From Harriotta raleighana (taxonomy: Eukaryota): a DNA stretch of 64,000 nt. The position numbers were made by a program, and so were the translations under genes. The notes under the pieces are model-generated. The model made no database searches, was not told the origin of the DNA, and saw only the letters and a list, made by a program, of their open reading frames with translations. The stretch spans positions 2,397,867 to 2,461,866 of the forward strand of contig JBNZDD010013683.1 of the NCBI GenBank assembly GCA_050575255.1, written 5' to 3'. This document shows positions 63,244 through 64,000 of this stretch, piece after piece (position 1 is the first letter of the stretch; each line of letters starts with the position of its first letter).

Positions 63244-64000
63244 GAACGAAAAACTGATCAAGAGCTAAGCAATGGGTCTACCCAGTCATGTTTCAAGAAT
63301 GGGATGTTTGTAGTCAGCATGCGTCTGTGGGTTTCTGCCTGACCGTGGTTAGATGGCTATTTAGATACGCACATGCTTCTAATCAGTTCATCAGTCTCTG
63401 CAGTCGCTTTCAAACCAAGAAGCTACAGACAGTTCCTGGGTGTGGCATAAAAATAATACTATACACAGTTATAGACATGACAGTTAACTTATCAGCACAT
63501 TCCATCTTCATCTTAAAGAGCTATAAACAGTTCCAGAGAAACGGCCAATGACTTAATTCAGGTTAACGAACAAACCCCACAGGATTACAAAGGAGGGGAC
63601 TTCCTGTGGTGTTTTACCAATTGAAGCTTCAGATTCTTAATGGACTGCAACAAGGCGAGCCTTTTGACTCGTGTATTCTTTTGGATTACTAGTTAACATA
63701 TTTCACAACCTTCCTGTCTTCACGGTGGGCACATGCTCTTCCTACAGTGGGGGTCACTGGTTAGTAATTAGGAGCAGGAAATTTTCCTTACTTCTTCTCA
63801 GCCAGATAGTGTTATGAACCGAGATCAACCAACTAACTCAGCAAAGACTTTGGACTCAAACTTGGGAGCTTTCTGATGTGTATGAAACCACAACAGTGTC
63901 TTCTCCTGTTGGTAAATCGAGGGCCGCAAATCAAATGGAATACACATTATTCTCTTTGAATTTGCTATGTCCTCCTGATGTGATAGGCGCTATATAAATA

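Noticed and set aside
59650-64000. LGR4 exons 1-2
   Set aside because: No DISMNNI-like LRR exon or signal-peptide exon seen; presumed to lie beyond the window end.

Overview
Vertebrate genomic DNA with two minus-strand genes in the tandem order known from human chr11p14. CCDC34 is complete: 7 coding exons, 18732->11646, 438 aa by my exon chain, with a CpG-rich promoter at about 20.8-21.25 kb. LGR4 is partial: exons 3-18 by human numbering, 59647->26688, with exons 1-2 apparently beyond the window. The repeats (Deu-domain tRNA-SINEs with L2-type tails, L2 and CR1 3' ends, a Penelope-type palindrome, Tigger-like MITEs, a decayed Harbinger transposase) suggest a cartilaginous fish, plausibly a chimaera; this is inference only. 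I found no novel multi-gene system. The best leads are: (1) LGR4 exon 10 appears decayed while the 15 other exons in the window are intact; (2) a diverged tandem duplication of the first CCDC34 coding exon; (3) three tandem RFX X-boxes at 19-bp period in the CCDC34 promoter; (4) a GC-AG donor competing with an in-frame GT donor. The 1570-bp duplication around the N at 38867 is treated as an assembly artefact. Comparisons to human proteins are from memory, not from an alignment run. Repeat boundaries are approximate; exon boundaries were read base by base.
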